From a virus (lineage: Duplodnaviria; Heunggongvirae; Uroviricota; Caudoviricetes), in IMG/VR virus record IMGVR_UViG_2657245006_000001: a stretch of 11,651 nucleotides of DNA, one strand, 5' to 3'. The notes below the pieces were generated by a model. It did no database searches. It had not been told where the DNA came from and saw only the letters and a list, made by a program, of their open reading frames with translations. Positions within the stretch are counted from its first letter, which is position 1; each line of letters starts with the position of its first letter. Made by a program: the position numbers and the translations under genes. This document shows positions 1 through 5,848 of this stretch, piece by piece.

Positions 1-49
1 TAGCCGCCCACGCTCCCCAACGCTCAAGAACCATCTGAATATCACGCAT
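1..49 (-). CDS. Q-like late antiterminator, N-terminal 16 codons only (gene continues beyond window start)
   Basis: Reverse complement of 1-49 reads MRDIQMVLERWGAWAA from an ATG at 49..47, with GGAG about 8 nt upstream. The N-terminus is recalled as typical of lambdoid Q proteins and the position next to the DUF968 gene fits Qin-type order. Too short to confirm from sequence alone. Confidence 0.4.
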   Translation of the reverse strand, partial: MRDIQMVLERWGAWAA

Positions 50-66
50 CAACTTACTCCACAAAA

Positions 67-1116
67 TTAGGCCAGCACACCAATTGCCAGCGCGTGATCG
101 ATAAATCGAAAAATCAGCTCCAGTTGGGAGCCATACTTCTCTTCAAATGCCACGGTATCCGTATGCAGTTCGTCGTGATGCTTTCTGCATAAAGGCAACA
201 CAAAAAGATCATGTGCTTTGGTTCCCATTCCGCCCTGCCCGTGACCAATCAGATGATGCGGATCGTCGGCTGGCATACCGCAGCAAGCACACGGCTGTGT
301 CTTCACCCAGCGAGTGTATTTCTCCTTAACCCAGCGGCGACGTTTAGGTAGCTTCATGAAAGATTCCGGAGACTCAGGATCAACGGTGATGCTTACCACC
401 GTCCTTTCCTGTAGTGGGTGTTGTTCCTGGTGGGCGTGAGGCAACAGTGCAAGATTTTTTGTGCGCTGTTTCAATATGCTGGTGGCGGTCTGCTCTCCCG
501 GTACGATGTCGCTTTCGCGGTACATTGAGCGGATTTTTTCCGCTGGTAATCCCAGCGAGCGACGTAATACCGCTTCAGGTAGCGCATCCGCCACCTGATT
601 TCGGACCGCCCACCAGGATAATTCAGCCAGAGATAATTCACGCTCCTGCGTACCGCTTATTGCGTGACCGATGACGTCAATCATCCATGCTGACAGGTTT
701 TGATGAGCAAGTTGCTCGAGTGATTCGGATGTCTGGTCACGCAGCTGGTTGTCGCAGTGCCAGCACAACACCATTGCGCCGGTACCATAACGGTGAATGA
801 CGGTTTCACTGTGGTGATAATCGCCGTGTGGCCACTGGCAGGATTTAATATGGCGCAACAGCCAGTCAGACAATGCACCAGCACCACCAGCAGCACGAAT
901 CACCCGTGCGTTACTGAAAAACGGCAGCAATGTTTTGTCTTCCACCAGCGGCTGGCGAACGGCAGGAACGACCCCGGACGGCAGATTACGCATGCTTTTC
1001 GGTTCCGGCTCCACCAGTACCCGGGTATTGTGGAATACCGGCATGGATTCACGGCCCGGCTTAACGATCACCACCCCGAGTTCCGGTACCAGAACAGGTC
1101 GAAGTAATACCCGCAC
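67..1116 (-). CDS. DUF968-family prophage protein (YdfU-like), 349 aa, C-terminal Cys/His-rich HNH-like motif
   Basis: Uninterrupted 349-codon ORF with TAA at 67-69. GTG start at 1116..1114 sits 4 nt after a GGAGG (1125..1121) that overlaps the stop of the upstream gene, indicating translational coupling. C-terminus carries CACCG...HH...HGQGG...CRKHHDELH. Family assignment is from memory. Confidence 0.75.
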   Translation of the reverse strand: MRVLLRPVLVPELGVVIVKPGRESMPVFHNTRVLVEPEPKSMRNLPSGVVPAVRQPLVEDKTLLPFFSNARVIRAAGGAGALSDWLLRHIKSCQWPHGDYHHSETVIHRYGTGAMVLCWHCDNQLRDQTSESLEQLAHQNLSAWMIDVIGHAISGTQERELSLAELSWWAVRNQVADALPEAVLRRSLGLPAEKIRSMYRESDIVPGEQTATSILKQRTKNLALLPHAHQEQHPLQERTVVSITVDPESPESFMKLPKRRRWVKEKYTRWVKTQPCACCGMPADDPHHLIGHGQGGMGTKAHDLFVLPLCRKHHDELHTDTVAFEEKYGSQLELIFRFIDHALAIGVLA

Positions 1117-1117
1117 G

Positions 1118-1396
1118 TTACCTCCAGATCCGTTGCTGGTATGTGCGGGATGAACGCGGTGGGCGTTCGGAGTAAGGGAGTCTGACTGAGATTATCCAGT
1201 GACGGTAGTCGAGGCTAAGAGCTTTCTTAACCTCGTATCCGCGCCTGCGGTAACACTGAATTATCCATTCCGCCTGCTCTTCAGTGCATGGAGGATGCTG
1301 GAACCAGTCTGATTTGAATGCGTGAAAACGCCGTCCGCACCTACTGGCAAAGACGGCAGAATCATTAGAATTGTGTAATTTGGTATCGTGCGCCAT
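1118..1396 (-). CDS. Hypothetical small protein (92 aa), possibly Rem-like by position
   Basis: ORF-track ORF 1118..1525 trimmed to the internal ATG at 1396..1394, because the 5' part of the ORF overlaps the hok terminator hairpin and U-tract (1466-1495). Stop is immediately 5' of the DUF968 GTG start. Shine-Dalgarno is weak and the C-terminal third has odd composition. Confidence 0.4.
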   Translation of the reverse strand: MAHDTKLHNSNDSAVFASRCGRRFHAFKSDWFQHPPCTEEQAEWIIQCYRRRGYEVKKALSLDYRHWIISVRLPYSERPPRSSRTYQQRIWR

Positions 1397-1465
1397 CGGT
1401 TGTCTCTGCTGGCGCAGCAGGTGCCAGTTGTTCAGGCTGGCGTGCGAATTGTAAACCAGAATGCC

Positions 1466-1495
1466 AGGAAAAAACAAAACCCGCCGAAGCGGGTT
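1466..1495 (-). terminator. Intrinsic terminator of the hok transcript
   Basis: On the minus strand the transcript reads AACCCGC-TTCG-GCGGGTT followed by TTGTTTTTT: 7-bp GC-rich stem, 4-nt loop and U-run (plus 1478-1495 stem-loop, 1467-1477 A-run), about 70 nt downstream of the hok stop. Confidence 0.7.
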
Positions 1496-1563
1496 ACGTG
1501 CGGGTGCGTTGAGGATGCCTGACACATCAGAGGTGGCGAGGGATTTCTCCCCCGCCAGGTCTC

Positions 1564-1719
1564 TTACTCCTCAGGTTCGTAAGCTGTGAAGACAGCGACC
1601 TCCGTCTGGCCGGTTCGGATTCGTACCTCGCAGAGGTCTTTCCTCGTTACCAGTGCCGTCACTATGACGGTTAAACAGATGACGATCAGGGCGATTAACA
1701 TCGCCTTTTGCTGCTTCAT
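1564..1719 (-). CDS. hok: Hok/Gef-family type I toxin, 51 aa
   Basis: Hand translation gives MKQQKAMLIALIVICLTVIVTALVTRKDLCEVRIRTGQTEVAVFTAYEPEE: one N-terminal transmembrane helix and the conserved Hok periplasmic tail with Cys. AAGGAG lies 9 nt upstream of the ATG at 1719. Not in the ORF track because it is under 60 aa. Recalled as near-identical to HokD (RelF). Confidence 0.85.
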   Translation of the reverse strand: MKQQKAMLIALIVICLTVIVTALVTRKDLCEVRIRTGQTEVAVFTAYEPEE

Positions 1720-1775
1720 AGCCTGCTTCTCCTTGACCTTTCGGTCCGTAAGAGGCTAATCTCTATGTGTCGCAT
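1716..1775 (-). CDS. Mok-like leader ORF (19 aa) whose stop overlaps the hok start codon
   Basis: ATG at 1775..1773 opens MRHIEISLLRTERSRRSRL. Its TGA (1718..1716) overlaps the hok ATG (1719..1717). Resembles the mok/hok coupling arrangement but is much shorter than plasmid R1 mok; Shine-Dalgarno is weak. Confidence 0.3.
   Translation of the reverse strand: MRHIEISLLRTERSRRSRL
1733..1762 (+). promoter_or_regulatory. Candidate Sok-type antisense promoter facing into the hok leader
   Basis: TTGACC (1733-1738), 18-nt spacer, TAATCT (1757-1762) on the plus strand. A transcript starting near 1769 would be antisense to the leader-ORF initiation region (start 1775). A hairpin GCGTC-ttgcag-GACGC (1801-1816) flanked by direct TAATGTTAA repeats lies downstream. 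Confidence 0.3.
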
Positions 1776-1977
1776 AGATATGGCCTCAGATTAATGTTAA
1801 GCGTCTTGCAGGACGCGTAATGTTAACTGGGGCTTTTCTCTATCTGCCTTTTGGTGTTCATGCCTGAGACAGATAGCCTCAAGCACCCGCAGTCATTCTA
1901 CTTAACTAAGATTTCCCCGCAAACCGTTTTTGTCCGGCACAGTAAATATCCAACTAAACCAATGGCGTTCGCTGTAT

Positions 1978-2157
1978 TTACCGCCAGTATTCAATGCACA
2001 TGACCGCCATGAACACCCCTAAAAAAAGGGCATTTATATATCCAAATATTAATATCAAAACATCAACTTTTTCCATATACCTTGCTGTGAAGATGATGGG
2101 CATACATGATACGAACAACCAGAACGCAACAAACAAAAACTGCAATGCGTTTTTCAT
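1978..2157 (-). CDS. Small membrane protein, 59 aa, two predicted transmembrane helices, in an AT-rich island
   Basis: ORF-track ORF 1978..2196 trimmed to the ATG at 2157..2155, which has AGGAGG 4 nt upstream. Product MKNALQFLFVAFWLFVSCMPIIFTARYMEKVDVLILIFGYINALFLGVFMAVMCIEYWR has two hydrophobic stretches. Sampled lines here hand-count to about 32-37% GC against roughly 50% for flanking genes. Confidence 0.55.
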   Translation of the reverse strand: MKNALQFLFVAFWLFVSCMPIIFTARYMEKVDVLILIFGYINALFLGVFMAVMCIEYWR

Positions 2158-2327
2158 TATTCCTCCTACAATCAATGTGCAATTACATTTAAACACACCT
2201 CAATTTGGCCGGACATATAAATATCTAAACCAGAAAAAATCACTTACATAGCGTTACAAACTCTTTAGTCTAAATATTCATCGTAAAACATTCCCCATAC
2301 TTATCAGCCCGTTCTGCGCCAGGTAGC

Positions 2328-2644
2328 TCATTGCCTTATCTGGGAATCTGTAATCAGGTTTCCGGATGCTGGTGGATTTTCGCGTTTTAGTTGTTCATAA
2401 AAGTGCACAGCTTTAACCAGTTCTTCTGATGTAACCGGGACTGGCGGGGCAGTGAATAAGGCCTGAATTTCATAGTTCGGCCTGTCGTTACAATCCTCTT
2501 TTTTCGGTACATATTTCCAGTCACCAGACCACTACTTCCCCTGAAAGTCCGTAACGCCTTTTTTTTCACGTAGCGATATCGCCATGCCACTGTTTTTGCT
2601 TGCCCCGCCGTTTCATGCCCTTCCTGATAATTAACCTCGCTCAT
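2328..2644 (-). pseudogene. Disrupted small gene: reading frame breaks between an A8 and an A6 tract
   Basis: Frame 1 from the ATG at 2644 gives the 85-aa track ORF with odd basic composition. A different frame gives a protein-like tail (...EIQALFTAPPVPVTSEELVKAVHFYEQLKRENPPASGNLITDSQIRQ) running to a TGA at 2328-2330, past the frame-1 stop. That frame contains an in-frame TAG (2532-2534) and an upstream ATG at 2585. The A8 run is plus T8 at 2559-2566. Confidence 0.3.
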
Positions 2645-2817
2645 TCATCGCCCCACTCATCACAATATGCTTCGACCGGAGTTTTTCCTGCTTCATAATC
2701 ATCACGCCATGCTTCAGCATCAGCAGCACTGCCACCACGTAACTCTGCATAGTCCATTAACAGTTCATGCCATTCTTCAAAACTGACGTTGTATTTAGTT
2801 GAACCAAAATCAGCCAT
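2641..2817 (-). CDS. Small acidic protein, 58 aa
   Basis: Hand translation gives MADFGSTKYNVSFEEWHELLMDYAELRGGSAADAEAWRDDYEAGKTPVEAYCDEWGDE. Its ATG overlaps the stop of the upstream 60-aa gene by 8 nt (ATGGCTGA), and its TGA overlaps the next ATG (ATGA). Not in the ORF track because it is under 60 aa. Confidence 0.5.
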   Translation of the reverse strand: MADFGSTKYNVSFEEWHELLMDYAELRGGSAADAEAWRDDYEAGKTPVEAYCDEWGDE

Positions 2818-2992
2818 TTTGTTCTTCCTCTTCGTCTTTTATTTCGTGATATGAGTAATTGCAGTAGTTAAAGAAAATATCTTTTGCTTCGTCATGTATT
2901 TCATCAGGCGTCGCATCATCATCCACTTCGAATTCATCCTCGAAATCTCCACCGGCTATTCCCGTTTCAATAATTATTTTAAACTTTCGCAT
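2810..2992 (-). CDS. Small highly acidic protein, 60 aa
   Basis: ATG at 2992..2990; product MRKFKIIIETGIAGGDFEDEFEVDDDATPDEIHDEAKDIFFNYCNYSYHEIKDEEEEQNG with a very acidic C-terminal half. Preceded on the mRNA by GGAGG, then a hairpin, then 7 nt. Confidence 0.55.
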   Translation of the reverse strand: MRKFKIIIETGIAGGDFEDEFEVDDDATPDEIHDEAKDIFFNYCNYSYHEIKDEEEEQNG

Positions 2993-2999
2993 TTAACTA

Positions 3000-3015
3000 C
3001 CGCCCTTTCGGGCGG
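3000..3015 (-). promoter_or_regulatory. GNRA-tetraloop hairpin between the Shine-Dalgarno and start codon of the 60-aa gene
   Basis: Minus-strand RNA reads GGAGG (3020..3016), then CCGCCC-GAAA-GGGCGG (3015..3000), then UAGUUAA, then AUG (2992). The loop is GAAA only on the minus-strand transcript (UUUC on the other strand). No U-tract follows, so it is not a terminator. Confidence 0.4.
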
Positions 3016-3085
3016 CCTCCTGATGTTCTGAGGGTGCAGAAATCCCTCCGGTTAAGGATTAAATTTTTAACAGAGCTAAATTTAA

Positions 3086-3442
3086 TTATTCAGTTCTGGA
3101 TTTTGTCGCCCTGCGTATCCGCGCTTTCGCGTTACGCTCAATCTGAATTAGCTTTTCTATATTTTTTCGCCTTTCCCGCTCCTCCTGACGCAAGAGCCTT
3201 ACATCATCTGCCAGTCTGGTTTCTCTTTTCGCCACAGAGAGCATCCAGTCAAATGGCTCCACAACTGCACCGCAGATTTTACAGCGGACCTGACGCTCTT
3301 TTTCGTCAACCCGGACAGAGGCGTGATGACAATATGGTCTTTCCGATGGCTCATAAAGAAAATTAACCTGATTACGAGGGTCATCCTCTTTTACCGGAAA
3401 TAAAACGATATTGCTTAACTCATCCTCTGGTTTTATTTCCAT
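3086..3442 (-). CDS. Hypothetical protein, 118 aa, Cys/His cluster and basic coiled-coil-like C-terminus
   Basis: Preferred start is the ATG at 3442..3440 with AGGAG 6 nt upstream (MEIKPEDELSN...). The track ORF extends to a GTG at 3499 directly after the upstream stop, a possible alternative. Motif YCHH...RCKICG, then an RE/K-rich tail. Confidence 0.55.
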   Translation of the reverse strand: MEIKPEDELSNIVLFPVKEDDPRNQVNFLYEPSERPYCHHASVRVDEKERQVRCKICGAVVEPFDWMLSVAKRETRLADDVRLLRQEERERRKNIEKLIQIERNAKARIRRATKSRTE

Positions 3443-3499
3443 GCTCCTCTCCTTTGATGCGAATGCCAGCGGTAATTGAAGCCTGATAGCTAATTTCAC

Positions 3500-3922
3500 T
3501 CACAGTACCGCCTCCTGAAAATTACCCTGATAGAAAGCCAGTACACGCTGCATAGCTTCACTCTTCCGGCACTCGCGACAGATTATGTTTAGGCGACTGT
3601 CGTAGCGACGTATTTCTCCGTCAGGTGATGACCAGATAAGGTCCGGATCAACCACAGCAGGTTTCTTCACCTTTGCCCTCGAGAGTTTTTTGCGGGCGTT
3701 TTGCCAGTCCTTACGCGCCTGTTCAGAGGGGAATAACCCGTAGCCGGAGTTGTATACATCGCCGCTGGCAACCAGCTCTCTTGCGAGAACGCTCATCAGA
3801 TATCTTGTCGCACCTGTCTTGACTTCCAGTTGCCGTAACGTCTCACGCCCACTCTGGCGTACGAGTTCAACAACCTGCCCTTTAATTTTTTCTCGCTCTT
3901 CTTGTGTAAAAACTTTTGCCAC
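3500..3922 (-). CDS. Hypothetical protein, 140 aa, putative helix-turn-helix
   Basis: GTG start at 3922..3920 with AGGAGG 4 nt upstream; TGA at 3502..3500. Contains an HTH-like stretch (TLRQLEVKTGATRYLMSVLARELV). Sits directly downstream of the replication initiator. Confidence 0.6.
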   Translation of the reverse strand: MAKVFTQEEREKIKGQVVELVRQSGRETLRQLEVKTGATRYLMSVLARELVASGDVYNSGYGLFPSEQARKDWQNARKKLSRAKVKKPAVVDPDLIWSSPDGEIRRYDSRLNIICRECRKSEAMQRVLAFYQGNFQEAVL

Positions 3923-3962
3923 AAGCCCTCCTGAAAATTACCTCATGACCAGAAATCAACAC

Positions 3963-5033
3963 TTACCCCCTGAAGCCCGGTGGAATTTCGGTATCCGGTT
4001 CAGAAATATGATTCACACAACGCTGGTTGTTCGTGCCGCTTACCGGGAGCAACCAGGGGTTCTCAAAATTCCGGTCCGGTCCAAAAAACGTCGTCGCTCG
4101 CTGAACAAATTCCGTTCCCGTTTTCCCGGTAGCCGCCAAGTATCTTGCGTAACGCCTCACGCCATCCAGCATGGCCTCTGGTGGCACCCCCTCGCGTAAT
4201 CTGGCCTTCCAGGCACTGAAAGCGGATTTCTTCGGGTTTGCTCCGGCACGCAACGGGTACTCCCGCCAGACCTGTTCGAACACATCCGGATAATCCACTC
4301 GTCCCACAGACAGCCCGGTGTTTTCCGGGACTACCCGATCGGCTTCCCGCTGAATGGCGGAATCGGCTTCAGGCTGCTGCAGTTGGTGTGATTGCTCCGG
4401 CCTTGGGGTCATCACCTGCTGCACAGCGCCCGAATCGGCTTTCAGCGCATACGCTGAATCGGCTTCCGGTGTCGTGCCTGCTGGCTGACCAGGATTGACG
4501 GTCTGAACATCCCCTGCCTGGTTCGTGGCGTTTTTTACGCCATGGACCATAGTGTTTTGATCTTCTTGATCTGTATCTTTATCTGTATCTTTATCTGTCG
4601 TGACTCGTCGTGACATGTGCGTGACATTTCGTGACGCGCCGTGACAATCGCCATTTTGTTCCCGCTTTCTTTCCCTCTCTCGCTGCGCCCTCTTGCGCTC
4701 TGCCGGAGATTTTGCGGTTTGCGAAATATTGCCGTTGTCCTCTTTCAGCACCTGGCGTTTTTCCCATCCAGTGATTAAATCACCATCAAGTACCCGCCCC
4801 TGCATCGTCTGCAAAATTGAATCAATTACCTCTTCTGTCACGTCGAGCGCACTTGCCAAATCTTCTGTCGTGACATCAATGTGACCTCGCGTGACATTTC
4901 GTGACGCGCTCACCAGGAGGTGGATATACACTGCCATCACTGTTGCAATTGGCTGCCCTGACACCCTGGCAATTGTTCGCCACTTAGGGTCATTTGGCAT
5001 GTCATGCCATAATCTGAGCCAGGCGTTAGCCAT
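3963..5033 (-). CDS. Replication initiator (lambda O-like role), 356 aa: winged-helix N-terminal domain, acidic repeat linker, conserved C-terminal domain
   Basis: ATG at 5033..5031 with GAGGT 5 nt upstream (the track ORF begins two codons earlier at a GTG). Position after the cro and CII-like genes matches lambda O. The gene contains two phased GTGAC repeat arrays. The C-terminal motif FEQVWREYPLRAG...FVQRATTFFGPDRNFENPWLLP is recalled as a phage replication-associated family. Confidence 0.65.
   Translation of the reverse strand: MANAWLRLWHDMPNDPKWRTIARVSGQPIATVMAVYIHLLVSASRNVTRGHIDVTTEDLASALDVTEEVIDSILQTMQGRVLDGDLITGWEKRQVLKEDNGNISQTAKSPAERKRAQRERERKREQNGDCHGASRNVTHMSRRVTTDKDTDKDTDQEDQNTMVHGVKNATNQAGDVQTVNPGQPAGTTPEADSAYALKADSGAVQQVMTPRPEQSHQLQQPEADSAIQREADRVVPENTGLSVGRVDYPDVFEQVWREYPLRAGANPKKSAFSAWKARLREGVPPEAMLDGVRRYARYLAATGKTGTEFVQRATTFFGPDRNFENPWLLPVSGTNNQRCVNHISEPDTEIPPGFRG
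4569..4650. repeat. Iteron-like array 1 inside the initiator gene: 12-bp tandem repeat plus five phased GTGAC motifs
   Basis: ATCTGTATCTTT occurs twice in tandem (4569-4592). GTGAC occurs at 4600, 4610, 4621, 4631 and 4641, spaced 10-11 bp. The 19-mer GTGACATTTCGTGACGCGC (4621-4639) is repeated exactly at 4891-4909. A polypyrimidine tract follows at 4651-4710. Confidence 0.55.
4831..4910. repeat. Iteron-like array 2 inside the initiator gene: four phased GTGAC motifs plus one inverted copy
   Basis: GTGAC at 4870, 4881, 4891 and 4901 with 10-11 bp spacing; inverted GTCAC at 4837-4841; TCTTCTGTC repeated at 4831 and 4861; shares the exact 19-mer with array 1. Confidence 0.55.
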
Positions 5034-5104
5034 ACTCACCTCTTCTGATACCGAATCTTTTTACTCACGAGTTGCCGGAAGCGATTCGATATGGCTATTG
5101 TCAG

Positions 5105-5530
5105 TCAATGTACTGCCACAGCATTTCCTGCCGGGCCACCACGGTTCATCTGATTGAAACCGGCGATTGCCACTGCGACAAAATCATCAGCGTCTCTCAC
5201 CAGTCGCTCCCGCGTCTCCACCAGCTCCCGAAAATAAGCTGAACTGTGGCTGCGCATTCTGGCCACCAGCAAAGGTGGCATTGCCTTTTCGATCGCTGGT
5301 AACAACGCCTGAATTTTTTCAACTGCATCAGGGGTGTCTTTCTCTACCCAGCGGAAAATTTTCTGGGTATTGCGAGCCAGGGCTTCCGGATGGCTGTCGT
5401 CATACAGTTCCGGGAACGTCATTCCCAGCTCGAAATACGCTTTGGTAATTTTCGCAGCCGGTACTTTTTCGCCGTCCGGATGCGCCCAGGCATTCATCGC
5501 CATGCGGATGTGTTCATGCTTGATTTTCAT
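5105..5530 (-). CDS. ydaT: YdaT-family protein (functional analogue of CII), 141 aa
   Basis: ATG at 5530..5528 overlaps the cro-like stop (ATGA). N-terminus MKIKHEHIRMAM... and C-terminus ...AVAVH are recalled as the YdaT family. Position immediately after cro matches lambda cII. Confidence 0.7.
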   Translation of the reverse strand: MKIKHEHIRMAMNAWAHPDGEKVPAAKITKAYFELGMTFPELYDDSHPEALARNTQKIFRWVEKDTPDAVEKIQALLPAIEKAMPPLLVARMRSHSSAYFRELVETRERLVRDADDFVAVAIAGFNQMNRGGPAGNAVAVH

Positions 5531-5757
5531 GAATCCCCCCCTTGGTTAGAAGGCGGATTATGATCAGAACCGGGAATGACAACCGTCGGTATGTGTAACT
5601 CATATTTGAGCGCCCCGGCAGTGACTGCCTGAATTAGCAACGCCCATTTCCACGGAACCTCTTCCCCCCACATGCTGACTGTGGTTTTTGACGTTCCTAG
5701 AGCTGCGGCTGTTTTAACAACTCCGCCAAAATAGCCTAATACTTCTGATTTTTTCAT
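5527..5757 (-). CDS. cro: Cro-like HTH repressor (YdaS/Cro family), 76 aa
   Basis: ATG at 5757..5755 with GGAG 6 nt upstream; the upstream in-frame extension in the track ORF has no Shine-Dalgarno. HTH motif GGVVKTAAALGTSKTTVSMW. Divergent from the CI-like gene across a 91-bp region. Confidence 0.75.
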   Translation of the reverse strand: MKKSEVLGYFGGVVKTAAALGTSKTTVSMWGEEVPWKWALLIQAVTAGALKYELHIPTVVIPGSDHNPPSNQGGDS

Positions 5758-5848
5758 GAGTCGCTCCATAAAACTGAACGTCAAAAGTTTAATAATCAAA
5801 ACCAAAGAAAGTCAAGAAACAAAACCATCTGTGTTTTAAAATCAAAAC
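5758..5848. promoter_or_regulatory. Divergent immunity promoter and operator region between cro and cI
   Basis: AT-rich 91-bp spacer. AATCAAAAC is repeated at 5792-5800 and 5840-5848, with TCAAAAG at 5781-5787. Imperfect palindrome TGTTTT-aaaatc-AAAACA at 5832-5849. TAAAAT (5837-5842) lies about 7 nt before the cI ATG and no Shine-Dalgarno precedes it, consistent with a leaderless cI mRNA as in lambda PRM. A leftward -35 TTGACT (minus strand, 5815..5810) could serve cro. Confidence 0.45.

Noticed and set aside
147-1153. Track ORFs 147..329, 414..674, 681..896, 757..1107 and 935..1153 within the DUF968 gene.
   Set aside because: All overlap the 349-codon DUF968 frame (antisense or alternative frame) and lack ribosome-binding sites.
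1397-1525. N-terminal extension of ORF-track ORF 1118..1525.
   Set aside because: This segment overlaps the hok terminator hairpin and U-tract (1466-1495), so it is unlikely to be translated; the gene was trimmed to the ATG at 1396.
1720-1977. relBE genes upstream of hok, as in K-12 Qin.
   Set aside because: No ORFs of the right size or sequence lie upstream of hok; only a 19-codon leader and a candidate antisense promoter are present.
1994-2251. 85-aa plus-strand ORF in the AT-rich island.
   Set aside because: Antisense to the 59-aa membrane-protein gene, which has a strong ribosome-binding site; product is Asn/Lys/Ile-rich, typical of a chance ORF in AT-rich DNA.
4569-4910. The short direct repeats looked at first like a possible CRISPR array.
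   Set aside because: The units are 10-12 bp, lie inside a protein-coding gene, have no uniform spacers and no larger palindromic repeat; they fit origin iterons.
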